Of a stretch of DNA of 64,000 nt, positions 29,459 through 42,502 are shown piece after piece. This DNA comes from Octopus vulgaris (taxonomy: Eukaryota): NCBI GenBank assembly GCA_951406725.2, contig OX597824.1:24800001-24864000 (forward strand), in the 5' to 3' direction. Every line of letters begins with the position of its first letter. Position 1 is the stretch's first letter. A model generated the notes under the pieces. The model was not told the origin of the DNA. It saw only the letters and a program-made list of their open reading frames with translations, and searched no databases. The position numbers were made by a program, and so were the translations under genes.

Positions 29459-29983
29459 AATACCGTAATTCAATTGATGGAAGTGCTTTTGATAGATATA
29501 CAGGTAACAACAAAACATTCGCAACTGGAATTGTGATAGCAATGGTCAATTGCGCTGTGCTGCCAATCCAACTATGAGTTCAAATCTCGCCAAGATCAAC
29601 TCTGCTGGCCAGTCTGCCAGTATCGATAAAATGCAGAACCAGTTCAGAACGACCAATTAGCGGAATTGTACGAATGTCCAATAAAATACTTTGGGGTATT
29701 TGTTTCAGTTCTTTACGTTTTCAGTTTTTAGGTAAGTGTGAGATTTTGTAAAAAGTACTCGAAGAAAGCAGCTGAAAACCATGAGAATTCCATAACAAGA
29801 ACATAGCACTAATCAAGGAAGACAGCAGGAGTCGTTAGTCGACCTGATGGTGCAGAAAGAAAATGGAAGGCAATCCTATACATGTTTTGTGTTTAGCTGA
29901 CTTCATCTACAAAGCATAGCATTCGTTCTGTCACACATTGATGAATATAATCACTAAGGCAATAAAGCGTTTGTTTCAAATAA

Positions 29984-30376
29984 CTAGCAGTCTCGCCCGG
30001 CGTTGCTCGGGTTTGTTTCGACCCTTTAGAATTGGAAATTTTGAAAAATAAAAATTTTGCATTATGTAGCTTGTTATTCTTTTTAAGTGAACATTTTTCT
30101 GGTTGAGATACACCGAAAAATGGCGACACAAGAGTAAAAAAATCGTAAAAAATAGGGATTTTCATAGAAAAAACCCCACCTTTTTGATGTAAATAATTTT
30201 TGGTGTTAATATGGTCCAATTTGAATTTTTTCTTCTACGGAAGGAAGAGCAAGCCTTCTTCTATCATACTCTCAATTTTGGTCAACTTGCGCCGCAGGGT
30301 CTCGGAGGAGATAGCGTTAGTTGAAGGCTACCAAACCTGCCATACACAGACAACTTCAGCTTTATATATAGAGAGA
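29984..30376 (-). mobile_element. Complete non-autonomous Helitron (393 bp)
   Basis: 5' TC(TCTCTATATATAAAG), 3' CTAG, subterminal GC hairpin CCCGAGCAACGCCGGG at 29996-30011. Inserted between A and T with no TSD. Confidence 0.85.
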
Positions 30377-30603
30377 TTTATTTCAAAATAATTTTTATAA
30401 GTTATGAATGAATCTACTTCTATCAGGATGCAAAGAACGTCACATAAAATCGAAAGAGGTCTATCGTGTTCTTCATGAGTTTGTTTTAATGAACAGATAC
30501 ACACCACTCAGCACTGTCTATAGTATTCAAAAATTCCTATTAATCGATTCTATGGTACCTTTTGGTTTTAGGCATTATACCCCACTATAAGGAAATTTCT
30601 ATT

Positions 30604-31063
30604 TACGTCCGTTTTTTGACTGAGAGCGTATAAGACGCACTTTTTTTTTTCCGAAAGAATGTTTCAAAAATTTACCCCGTTTCCTATATGCAAAGTTGGA
30701 CCGATATTGCACGCTATTACCCGTTCACTGAGGAAAGCATATATGTCCACTAAAAATTTTATTACCCTTAACAGCAGAAGGCAATTTTATATACCAATCT
30801 TGGAATGTCATGTTTGAAACTATTTTCTGCTGAGATTTCTGTCAAGTTTATTGAGGCAATGTGACTTTCAGAAAATACCAAATCTTTTTTTTTTTTTTGT
30901 CTTTTTTAGTAGATATTTAACATCATTATTGGAATAATCATGAAATTCAATTTCACAGTGAAGGGATTATGATGTACTAAAACGTTTGTTCCTGAAAATA
31001 TGCTGTTGGAATCGGAGTGTGCCTTGATGTGTTCGTGTGTCTTTTATGCCATCAAATACGGTA
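30604..31063. mobile_element. Possible decayed pogo/Tigger-like MITE
   Basis: Right end GTGTCTTTTATGCCATCAAATACGGTA and left TATAAGACGCAC resemble TACCGTATTT...TATAAGACGCAC-type TIRs; the left end is degraded. Confidence 0.35.
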
Positions 31064-31528
31064 ATTACTGGAATGTACTCTGATAATCGAAGCTTCCAGT
31101 TCACTATACTTCTTATGTGAGGAACTGGCCTAAGTGCATATTAAGCATGCAGAAGAATTCCCTAGGGTACTATTCCTTTATCCGTATTATTCAAATATTT
31201 ATAAGTAACTTTGCTTTGTCTAGCTAACATGAGGAGCCGAGCAGTGTTAAAAATAGCAGCCAAGTCTGCCTAAAATCACACCCTACTACCTTAAAATAAA
31301 AGATTCTTTGGATAATGTACTCCTGGTGGTTTCTACCTTTTACACTCTGCTTGCTTCAGTTCCTGGAGTGCGACCATGCTGAAGCACTACCTTCAGGGTT
31401 TAGTCGAAGAAATTAACCCCCAGAACTTAGTTTTAAAGCCTCGCCCTTATTCTATCGGTCGTTTGCCGAACCACTAAGTTACGGGGACCTAAATAAATCA
31501 AAACCGGTTGTCAAGCAATGGCGGAGAA

Positions 31529-31568
<40 letters not shown>

Positions 31569-31956
31569 CCATTTACCAAATTCGCTCACAAGGCATTGGT
31601 CACCATTGGTCACCATGTGGCTATAGTAGAAGACACTCGGCCATGCTGGCGGGGGTCACGTCCCCGTAACTTAGCAGTTCGGTAAAAGAAACCGATAGAA
31701 TAAGTACTAGGCTTAAAAAGAATAATTCCTGGAATCGATTTGCTCGACTAAAGGCGGTGCTCCAGCATGGCAGCGGGATTGCACTCGAGGTCACTTGGTT
31801 GCAAAACGAGCCTCTTAACAACAACACACCCATAGCTGGAAAAACAAGTCCGGGTGGCCATGGCTGGAATATATTTCATTATAGGTTTAATCAACACCTC
31901 TGATGGTACATCTCAGGATATGAAACTTTATTAACATGTTTGTAAGAAACCACACG

Positions 31957-32001
<45 letters not shown>

Positions 32002-32364
32002 ATTCACTCACTCACTAGTATCCTGAGTGAAGGACAATTGCACTTAACTCCGGTTAATTAGCCTATCACGTAATTACTAAACTTAATTTGCCGCTTATTT
32101 CAGCCCAGTGATTGTTAATCTTACATATTATATTGGTAGTTAGCGTCCTGCAACTCTCTCAGTCTGTCACTCACTCACTCACTCACTCACTCACTCACTT
32201 ACTCACTCACTCACTCACTCACTTACTCACTCACACACTCACTCTTTTCTTTTTCTTGAAACTCTCTCATCTTCCCTTTCTCTCTCTCTCCTTCATTAAT
32301 TTCATCTAATTCTGCCTATTAGTCTGTCTATTAAACATTAAATTGAACTATCAAGCTAGCTATA

Positions 32365-32483
<119 letters not shown>

Positions 32484-32497
32484 GTGTATACACCCCC

Positions 32498-32644
32498 AGG
32501 CGCAGGAGTAGCTGTGTGGTAAGTAGCTTACTTACCAACCACATGGTTCCGGGTTCAGTTCCACTGCGTGGAACCTCGGGCAAGTGTCTTCTACTATAAC
32601 CTCCGGCCGACCAAAGCCTTGTGAGTGGATTTGTGTGTGTATGT

Positions 32645-32727
<83 letters not shown>

Positions 32728-32917
32728 TCCCCCAACATCGCTTGACAACCGATGCTGGCGGGGTCACGTCCCCGTAACTTAGCGGTTCGGGAAAAGAAAC
32801 CGATAGAATAAGTACTAGGCTCAAAAAGATTAAGCCCTGGAATCGATTTGCTCGACTAAAGGCGGTGCTCCAGCATGGCCGCGGTCAAATGACTGAAACA
32901 AATAAAGAATAAAAGAA
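32498..32917 (+). mobile_element. SINE family C with internal (TG)n
   Basis: Head from AGGCGCAGGAG; tail ending AAAGAATAAAAGAAT. Confidence 0.88.
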
Positions 32918-33349
32918 TGTGTGCGTGTGTGTGTATGTATGCATGTATGTGTGTATATATGTGTGTATACACACACACACACTATATATATATCCTATTT
33001 ATCTGTCTACCAGTGCGTCCATTACTTAACCAACCAAAATGTCTGACTAGTTGAATGCATGTTTCCATATCTCTCTCCCCCTTTTTCCCCATCTCTCTCT
33101 CCCATCACTCTCTCTCTCTCTCTCTCTCATCTCTCACTTCTTCTCTCTCTCCTCTTCCCTCTCTTAATATATCGATTCTTTCATCCAGTACATGCCTGTT
33201 CAGTTTAATTCTCCATCAATCAACAATCAACATTACTATATGATCCAGTCTGTGTGTCTGTATGTCTGTTTGTCTCTTCCTCTTTCCTTTCTCTTTCTCT
33301 CCCTCTCGCTACACATACGCACACATAAATATGCACTCGCATACACGCA

Positions 33350-33381
33350 TTCATACATACATACATACATACATACATACA

Positions 33382-33414
<33 letters not shown>

Positions 33415-33673
33415 GCATACATACATACATACTTACATACATACATACATAAATACATACATACATACATACATACATACATACATACATACATACATAC
33501 ATACATACATACATACATACATACATACATACATACATACATACATACTTACATACATACATGCATAAATACATACATACATACATACATACATACATAC
33601 ATACATACATACTTACATACATACATGCATAAATACATACATACATGCATATATACATACGTACGTACATACA

Positions 33674-33707
<34 letters not shown>

Positions 33708-34017
33708 CATACATACATACATACATACATACATACATACATACATACATACATACATACATACATACATACATACATACATACATACATACATACATAC
33801 ATACATACATACATACATACATACCTACATACATACATACATACATACATACTTACATACATACATGCATAAATACATACATACATACATACATACATAC
33901 ATACATACTTACATACATACATGCATAAATACATACATACATGCATATATACATACGTACGTACATACATACATACATACATACATACATACATACATAC
34001 ATACATACATACATACA

Positions 34018-34050
<33 letters not shown>

Positions 34051-34085
34051 GCATACATACATACAGATATGCATACATACATGCA
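33350..34085. repeat. (CATA)n tetranucleotide array of ~735 bp with higher-order structure
   Basis: Direct inspection. Confidence 0.95.
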
Positions 34086-34139
34086 TGCAAATGTATAAAA
34101 GCGAAAGTGAAAGAAAGGAGAGAGGTGGGTCAACAGATC

Positions 34140-34175
<36 letters not shown>

Positions 34176-34634
34176 AGCAGACAGACAGACAGGCAGATAG
34201 ACAGAAGAAAAAGAAGTCTTCGATGTAATTTGAAACCCTTCCACCTAATACCTTCAAATGCACCTGTCTGTACGATTAAACTACACAAAAGCCAATAACT
34301 TTATACTAATCTGCAGTTAATCCGCTCATCCAATTATAGTTACTAATCCCAGAATGCTTTGCGTCAATCGTGTACGGAGTTTCAGTAAGCTAATTAACGC
34401 CGTGTATCGATTTCTTCCGACCAGGCACAAGGTTAAACTTGATATGGGGTGTGGGCTATCCGGAGCGACTTGTCTCTTGTTGCTGTTGTTGCTTACCTGT
34501 TCAACCCCGAGTCAGCCCTGATTAAGCAGATTCATAATCAACAGCTTACCAGCCGTGGCCATCCCATTTGTTTTACATACCAGTCTACAACGTCCTTTAG
34601 ATGCGTCTTTCACTTTTTTTTTTCAAGACGCTAC

Positions 34635-34823
34635 CAGTAGCGTAACTGAGGTTGGGTGCGACAAGGCCCTCTCCGCCCCGGGACAACGCTCTTATTGGGG
34701 CGACATGTTTGGGTCTACTGAATGAGCCTGTATAGGCTTAGTGGGCCGGTGATGGGGCAGCAACTCAAGGGCGGTTCCAAATCGGACGCGCGCACACACA
34801 CACACACACTAGCTACGTGACTG
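34635..34823. mobile_element. Probable decayed hAT-type MITE
   Basis: Ends CAGTAGCGTAACT / AGCTACGTGACTG are imperfect inverted repeats; the TSD is not convincing. Confidence 0.45.
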
Positions 34824-35160
34824 GATGAAATTTTGAAGAAGATTTGGCTTCTCTTTTAAGGTCAACCTACATCGAAGAGGTTCCCAAGATATCTGTTAAA
34901 AATATTTTGCAGAAGATTTCTTAACAGCACTTGAACTCTACTCTTTTTAGTAAACCGGAACAGAGGTGTTACTGGCTGCCCCACGGGATCGATCTGCAGT
35001 TCAAATACGCGCATCCATTACATAAGGATGTAATAGATGTTGTATCTTTTTATTTTAAATCCGTCATTGGACTATAGCCATGCTGGGGCACTGCCTTGAA
35101 GCGTTTGGTCGCTCAAATCGGCTCCGGTACTTATTTTTTGAAGTTTGATATTTATTTTAC

Positions 35161-36176
35161 CGTGCAGAGATCCATGGAAATGTCTATGTTGGGAATCTCA
35201 CTAAGAGATCACCTCCGGGACGAGGAAATCAGGAATAGAACTGGAGTAAAGGACGTCGTCGCAGAACACCGCCGCGCAGAGCTACGTTGGGCTGGTCGCG
35301 AAATTTTTTTTCCTATGAGAGTTCTAGACCTCAGTAATGAATTCATTTGCATTCACCCAATAAGAGCTCACCTTGACCTTGTTGTCAAGTTAACAAACAC
35401 ACTCTACCAAGTAAACTCAAGATGAAGAACGATCGACCGATCACAAAGGTATACTTGATGTTTGAAGGAGACAAGTTATTAGATAGATTTGCATCTATGC
35501 CTATTATCGAATTTTGTTAGGACTCCATATGATAAAGATGTGTTCGGGGGAAAATGTGGGTAGAGGGTTAAAATAAAAGATTTTTGGATAATGTACTCCT
35601 GGTGGTTTCTACCTTTTACACTCTGCTTGCTTCAGTTCCTGGAGTGCGACCATGCTGAAGCACTACCTTCAAGGGTTTAGTCGAAGAAATCAACCCCCAG
35701 AACTTAGTTTTACAAAGTAAACAACAACACAAATAACTACTCAGAGGTTGAAACAAGAACAAGAACAACAAACATTCTTAAAAGAGAAAAGTAGAATGGT
35801 CATTCCTTACCCAAGTGACCTTATCTTATCGCCCATCACTTGTTATGCCCTCATAAAGCAGTTTGATAGCTGAGCTCTGATTGGCTGTATGCAAATGAGT
35901 TCATAACTGGAGTCCGGAACTCACGTGGGAAAAAAAATTTCGTAGGCCGGTCATGTCGCAAGGTTCCGAGACAATCGTGCAGTTGTCGAACGGTACCCTC
36001 GCGAACGGAAGAGACCACTCGGAAAACCTCCAGTCAGATGGGAAGATGATTTAAGAATGATGTTTGGAACAACGTGGAGGAGAATGACCAGAATACGAGA
36101 GGAATGGAGCAAATGCTGTAGCCAGCGGAGCCGACTTGGACCCAGACAGCTTGGCCGATCAAGGTGATCCAGGTGA
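35161..36176 (+). mobile_element. RTE-clade LINE 3' end, split by a TIR element and inserted in a SINE-C
   Basis: QRSMEMSMLGISLRDHLRDEEIRNRTGV...LRWAG resumes at ~35950 as HVAR.RDNR...PRERKRPLGKPPVRWEDDL; short tandem tail GATC(A/C)AGGT. Confidence 0.88.
35298..35944. mobile_element. Non-autonomous DNA transposon with ~73 bp imperfect TIRs and a 7-9 bp TSD (hAT/MULE-like)
   Basis: TIRs at 35298-35370 and 35871-35944; TSD GGCTGGTC (35290-35297) / GGCCGGTC (35945-35952) duplicating the LINE WAGH codons. Confidence 0.8.
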
Positions 36177-36456
36177 CTTATTTTCATTTGCCGAATCGCT
36201 AAGTTACGGAAATGTAAACAAATCCCTACCGGTTCTCAAGCGGTGAGGGTAACAACACACACGCACGCACACGCACAAACACGTATATATATATACGATG
36301 GGTTTCCACACAGTTTCCATCAACCAAATTCACTCAAAAAGTGAGGCGAATGGGTGCAGCTGTTTGGATGCTGACCATTTAGTACAGTTGACGGGACATA
36401 CAACCGGTTTTCATGACTGTGCTTTTGATGCTGGAGGCAAACAAACACACATATAC

Positions 36457-36494
<38 letters not shown>

Positions 36495-37039
36495 TGACAG
36501 ACAGACAGAGACAGAGACAGAAATGAAAGAAGGAAATAAAGAACAAGAGAAACATTGAAACATCTGATGTCAAATAAGTCAGCATCGAATCAGCGACGCG
36601 GAATAGACAGCGCCAAAACGGCTGTGCCAAAACGTCTCATACTCACATTCTAGTACGCATTTTGTACCAAGGAGAGAACGTCTTTGCAGTCACTCGATCC
36701 GACCTATTCGAGCATCTATTGGTCGACGTCTTGTTGTTGTTGTTGTTGTTGCTTTTCTAGCCCTGAGCCAGCTAAAATTGACCATACCTATAATCAACCG
36801 ATGCTGGTGTGTTTACATTCTCGTAACTTAGCAGTTCGACAAAAGAGACCGATAGAATAAGTACTAAGGCTAACAAAGAATAAGTCCTGGGGTCGGTTTG
36901 TTCGACTAAAGGCGGTGCTCCAGCATGGCCGCAGTCAAATGACTGAAACAAGTAAAAGAATAAAAGAATAATATGATAGAGATGATGAGATGGTGGAAAG
37001 CAGTAAGTGAAGAGATGATTGCATCAGGTGAGCTTAGAT

Positions 37040-37391
37040 CAGGGATTCCCAACCACTCTTTCATCTATGAGCCCCTTTGATTAATATTTTATTCTGGTGG
37101 ACCCCCATGACCATTCGATGTTTAATAACTAGTTTTATAGAAACTTCTTTCAAAATCCTTATTTTGTTTTTCACACATTAACTTGTATAGGTTGAATTAT
37201 GCAAAATGTTTGAGAAAGAAACCTAGCTCTTTCTTGCCATAGACACCAATACAAACCGCTAAAGCAAAATTTTTTTTCAGGAGCCCTTAAAATGCTATTG
37301 GGGATCCCCAATTTACTATCTTCTTATGTGAAACCCTAAAACTTGTATATGGAGCATCATGGGCCATATGGATCCCGGTTGAGAACCACTG
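37040..37391. mobile_element. hAT (Charlie-like) MITE
   Basis: TIRs CAGGGATTCCCAACC / GGTTGAGAACCACTG; perfect 8 bp TSD GCTTAGAT (37032-37039, 37392-37399). Confidence 0.9.
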
Positions 37392-38200
37392 GCTTAGATT
37401 GAAGAGAGCGGAAGCAATTGTTGTAGCCGTATCAGTGTCAGCTATTGTTTATAGCTTTAGCTACTTCGAATTCCACCGTTAAAAGCGATTTCCACCGTTA
37501 AAAGCAATTGTTGAGAACCACTGGCTTAGATTAGAAGAGAGCGGAAGCAATTGTTGTAGCCGTATCAGTGTCAGCTATTGTTTATAGCTTTATCTACTTC
37601 GGATTCCACCGTTAAAAGCGATTTCTTTCCCATCTCTCGAAGACACTAAATTATTTTGACATAAGCAACATACATCTGTTTCTGATGCTAAATTAAATGG
37701 TGATATTCGAAGGATCGTTTTGGTACAATGGTAGAACGTCTGTCATACAGACTGCCTTCGACTACTTATCTCTATTCAAAATTCTATTCAAAGGGTGTTT
37801 AACACAATATTCATACGTTGTTATTTATAGCTGTATCTACTTCGAGTACTACGGTTTATTCCATTCGCTGGAAATTTATACAATATGCAATTCTCCCTGT
37901 TGAGAACAAAGATTCCAAAGCGAATCGAGAAAATCCAAGGGTTTCTTTGGTTATAATAGTTGAGTGTCTCTCAAGTTTACAAGAAGATGCAGTAGGTTCG
38001 TGCCACGCGGGCGGCCATCGAATTTTCTTATCTAAGGAGTTCTTTTTTTTTTTTTTTTTAACCCAATGTTTGCATGCTAACATATTTTGCCTTATCTACT
38101 TCAAATTCGCCAGAACATCTCTGCTAGAGGTTCAACAATAAACAATGACATAGACGAAAGAATGTAAATATTACAGAAACGGTGAACAAAAGGAATGTCA

Positions 38201-38234
<34 letters not shown>

Positions 38235-38593
38235 TGTGTGTGTGTATATCACGCAGGATATCTTTGGCGGAGAAAGGAAGATGGGTGACGGGGGTCCAAC
38301 TACAAACTAAGGACTTATGTCATTCAAGTGCATTAGTACCAATACTTATTCCCCCGCCACAATCGCCTCCACCTCCATCACCTCCTCCACCTCCACCTCC
38401 CGCTGTCCTTTCTGCTCCTCATTTTCAGAGCTCTGTTTCCCTCCTTTCTCCTGACAATCGCTGTTCCAATCGACTTTAGAACAAAGATATACGTATGTGT
38501 GTACGTGTGTGTGCGGGTGCGTGTGCGTGCGTACACGCTTGTGTATGCGTGTGCTTGAGTGTGAATGACGGATGAACACACACACATTCATAT

Positions 38594-38644
<51 letters not shown>

Positions 38645-38699
38645 ACACGTACTCATATATTACACACACACACACACAACCATCACCATATCTATATGT

Positions 38700-39116
<417 letters not shown>

Positions 39117-39121
39117 CTCTC

Positions 39122-39152
<31 letters not shown>

Positions 39153-39174
39153 ATGGCAAATGAAAAACGGTAGA

Positions 39175-39220
<46 letters not shown>

Positions 39221-39490
39221 TATGGTGTATATATGTGTGAGTATGTGTGTAAGTATGTATATGCGCGTGCAGTTGCACATATGTATGTACATCGGCATAT
39301 ATACATAATACACATACGCGCATACACATACACACACACACACACAAGCGCGCGGGCACGTCTCTATGAACGTATCTATGATTGTAACATCAGATCTATT
39401 TCGGTATAAGTGTAACTAGAGTCAAAAGAAAGAGAGGATTCCTGACTATCGGAAGGAATGGCGTTCTTTACCATTTTCTCATAGATTTCA

Positions 39491-39522
<32 letters not shown>

Positions 39523-39753
39523 TTTGGTTTGTATATGGGGATGAGGCTAAAATACGTTCTGTTTTCGTGATTTCTATCTTTTTCTCCATCCACCTACCCA
39601 CGCAACCACCCGCTTTTACTTTTTCGTGTTTTTCTACTCGTTGATGGAACTGATGGTGGTTTTTTTTTCTTTTACTTTTGTGTATTTTTAAATCAAAAAG
39701 GAGTTCCCATTGCTCTTCTAAGGCTTCATGGATATATATACATACATATACAT

Positions 39754-39818
<65 letters not shown>

Positions 39819-40094
39819 CACATATATATACATATATATACATATATATACATATATATACATACGTGGAGTAGATGAAATTAAGGCGACTGAAGAAGGG
39901 GAATTTTCCTTGTTTCGTATGTCCTGTACTCTATTTTTTCGTTGTTTAAGAAAAATGTCCATTTCCTTGGTATTGTGTTTGTTTTCGTTTCTCATTGTGT
40001 TCGACGTTTTTTTGGTGTCCTGTACCCATACATGCATGTATATATACATGTAGAGGTAGGTACGTACATATATGTATGTATATATGTATATATT

Positions 40095-40163
<69 letters not shown>

Positions 40164-40257
40164 ATCCAAACATGAAAACAAAAAGAGAAAACACAACAAC
40201 GCGAGGATGTGGAACAAGTATAGTATTATTGGAAGCTCAGGAAAGGAAAGAACTAGG

Positions 40258-40292
40258 GTTTAACGCTTCGAGCGGAGCTCTTCGTCAGAAAC
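40258..40292 (-). ncRNA. Minimal type I hammerhead ribozyme motif with core mutation (GAAG for GAAA)
   Basis: Minus strand: GTTT CTGACGA A GAGC-TCC-GCTC GAAG CGT T AAAC. Stem I GTTT/AAAC, stem II GAGC/GCTC, palindromic (A)CGT stem III. Confidence 0.6.
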
Positions 40293-40465
40293 ATAGGAAA
40301 AGGAAAGATCCAAGGAAGGGAAGACGGAGGAAAAAAAATCGCCAACGGTACACACGCGGTCACATTTTGAATGACCGGAAGGGAGTATGTATGTATGTAT
40401 GTATGTATGTATGTATGTATGTATGTATGTATGTATGTATGTATGTATGTATGTATGTATTATGT

Positions 40466-41187
40466 ATGCATATGTGGGTACAGGACGTCAAAAAAAAAAC
40501 GTGAACAAAATGAGAAACGAGAACAAAAAACACAAAAGCATTGAAAACGAACTTTTTTTCGAACAATGAAAGAAACAAATAGAGAAACGAGACAAGCAAC
40601 ATAAAGAACATTCCCTTCGTCAGTTGTTCTCTGTTTTATCTACTCCGCTTTCGAATGTAGGGACAAGACGCGACTTAGTTAAAACAGTCGTTCCCGCAAA
40701 GCAAATTAAATAAAATTTGGGATTTGTGGAGGGTGAAAGTGGTGACAAAAACAGGACAGTGAGAACAAAACAGTATAAACAAACGGTAAGGGCTGTTAGG
40801 CCATAACGAGATGAAGTGGTGAACGCTGGAGAAACGAGCTTTGAGAAGAGACAGGCAAAAGCACGTCTTGTCTTTAGGAAGGAAGTGGAAGAAAGAAAGA
40901 CAGATAGCCGTTGGTCACGTGTGATCAACGAGAGAGTTAAGGAGGAAGAGTGAGGGAAAGAGAGGGAACAGTGAAAGAGAGTCGCGTCTTGTCTCTACGT
41001 TCGATACGTGGAGTAGATAAAACAGGGGACAACTGATGAAGGGAATGTTCTTTATATTGCCTGTCTCGTTTCTCTATTTGTTTCTTTCGTTGTTGGAAAA
41101 AATGTTCGTTTTCTATGTTTTTGTTTTTTATTATCTCGTTTCTCATTTTGTACATGTTTTTTTGACGTCCTGTACCCATATATGCAT
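40466..41187. repeat. Inverted repeat (arms 40466-40675 and 40980-41187); third diverged copy at 39862-40050
   Basis: The arms are reverse complements over ~210 bp with a ~300 bp spacer. Confidence 0.85.
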
Positions 41188-42339
41188 GTATATATACACA
41201 TATGTATTTAGGTAAAAGACAACGATAGAATAAGTACCAGGCTTAGAAAAAAACAAATAGGTATTGGGGTCGATTCAAGCTGTCAAAAAGTTTTTCTTTC
41301 TTTTTCTCTTTTTTATTTTTTTTTTATTTGCCTTTTAATCTTCCTGAGGACTACATTCAGAGTACTGGGGTCTGTTTATTTCACGAGCAAGCTGTTCAAT
41401 TGATCGGATCTATTGGAAATTCAATCGTCGTAATTGACGGAAGGCCAGTTATATATATATATTTCTTTGTTGCCCACAAGGGGCTAAACATAGAGGGGAC
41501 AAACAAGGACAGATGAACGGATTAAGTTGATTACATCGACCCCAGTGTGTAACTGGTACTTAATTTATCGACCCCGAAAGGATGAAAGGCAAAGTCGACC
41601 TCGGCGGAATTTGAACTCACAACGTAACGGTAGACGAAATACGGCTACGCATTTCGCCCGGCGTGCTAACGTTTCTGCCAGCCCGCCGCCAGCTATATAT
41701 ATATGTGTGTAAACACACGTACGGTTGAGCTCACAGTTGAAACCGCTTATTACTATCATAGACCCCCACCAAATCCAAAAACGAAATCACATAGTCATTT
41801 TTATCAAAATTAGTGGGTCTCAAGAAACACGTTGTGGTTATTGTTACATCTTCCGCTTAATGTTATCAACCAGTTATTGTTATTTAAATGTTTATATATT
41901 TGTTGTGCAAGATTTTTTATGTGAAGTCGTGTGTTGAAACAGATATTGTTGTATTTCAGAATGGTCATTTTGCCAGTTTAACAATAAAAACACACGCACT
42001 ATATATATATACGAAAGAACACTGGCCGAAATAAGATTAAGATTAATGTAAAAAATAAATAACACTGAAGCAAAGTAACACCAAATATATAGTGCGTGTG
42101 TTTTTATTGGCTAAACTAGCAAAATGACCATTCCGAAATACAACACTGTTATTTAAATGGCTTTATCTCAAAAAGTGACCAAAATAAAATGATAATATAA
42201 GCTCGGCTACTGGTTCAAGCGATGTAAACAACATCTGATGAGAATTCAATAAGTTTCGAAAATCGATTTAGAATTTTCATAACTTTTTTCTTTTTCATTC
42301 TACGGAGAATTAGTTAAATTTACCTTGTTACGTACGTTA

Positions 42340-42433
<94 letters not shown>

Positions 42434-42502
42434 CACACGTACGTACGTACATACGTGCATACATATATACACAAACATGCACGCTAATATTTGTATATAT
42501 GA

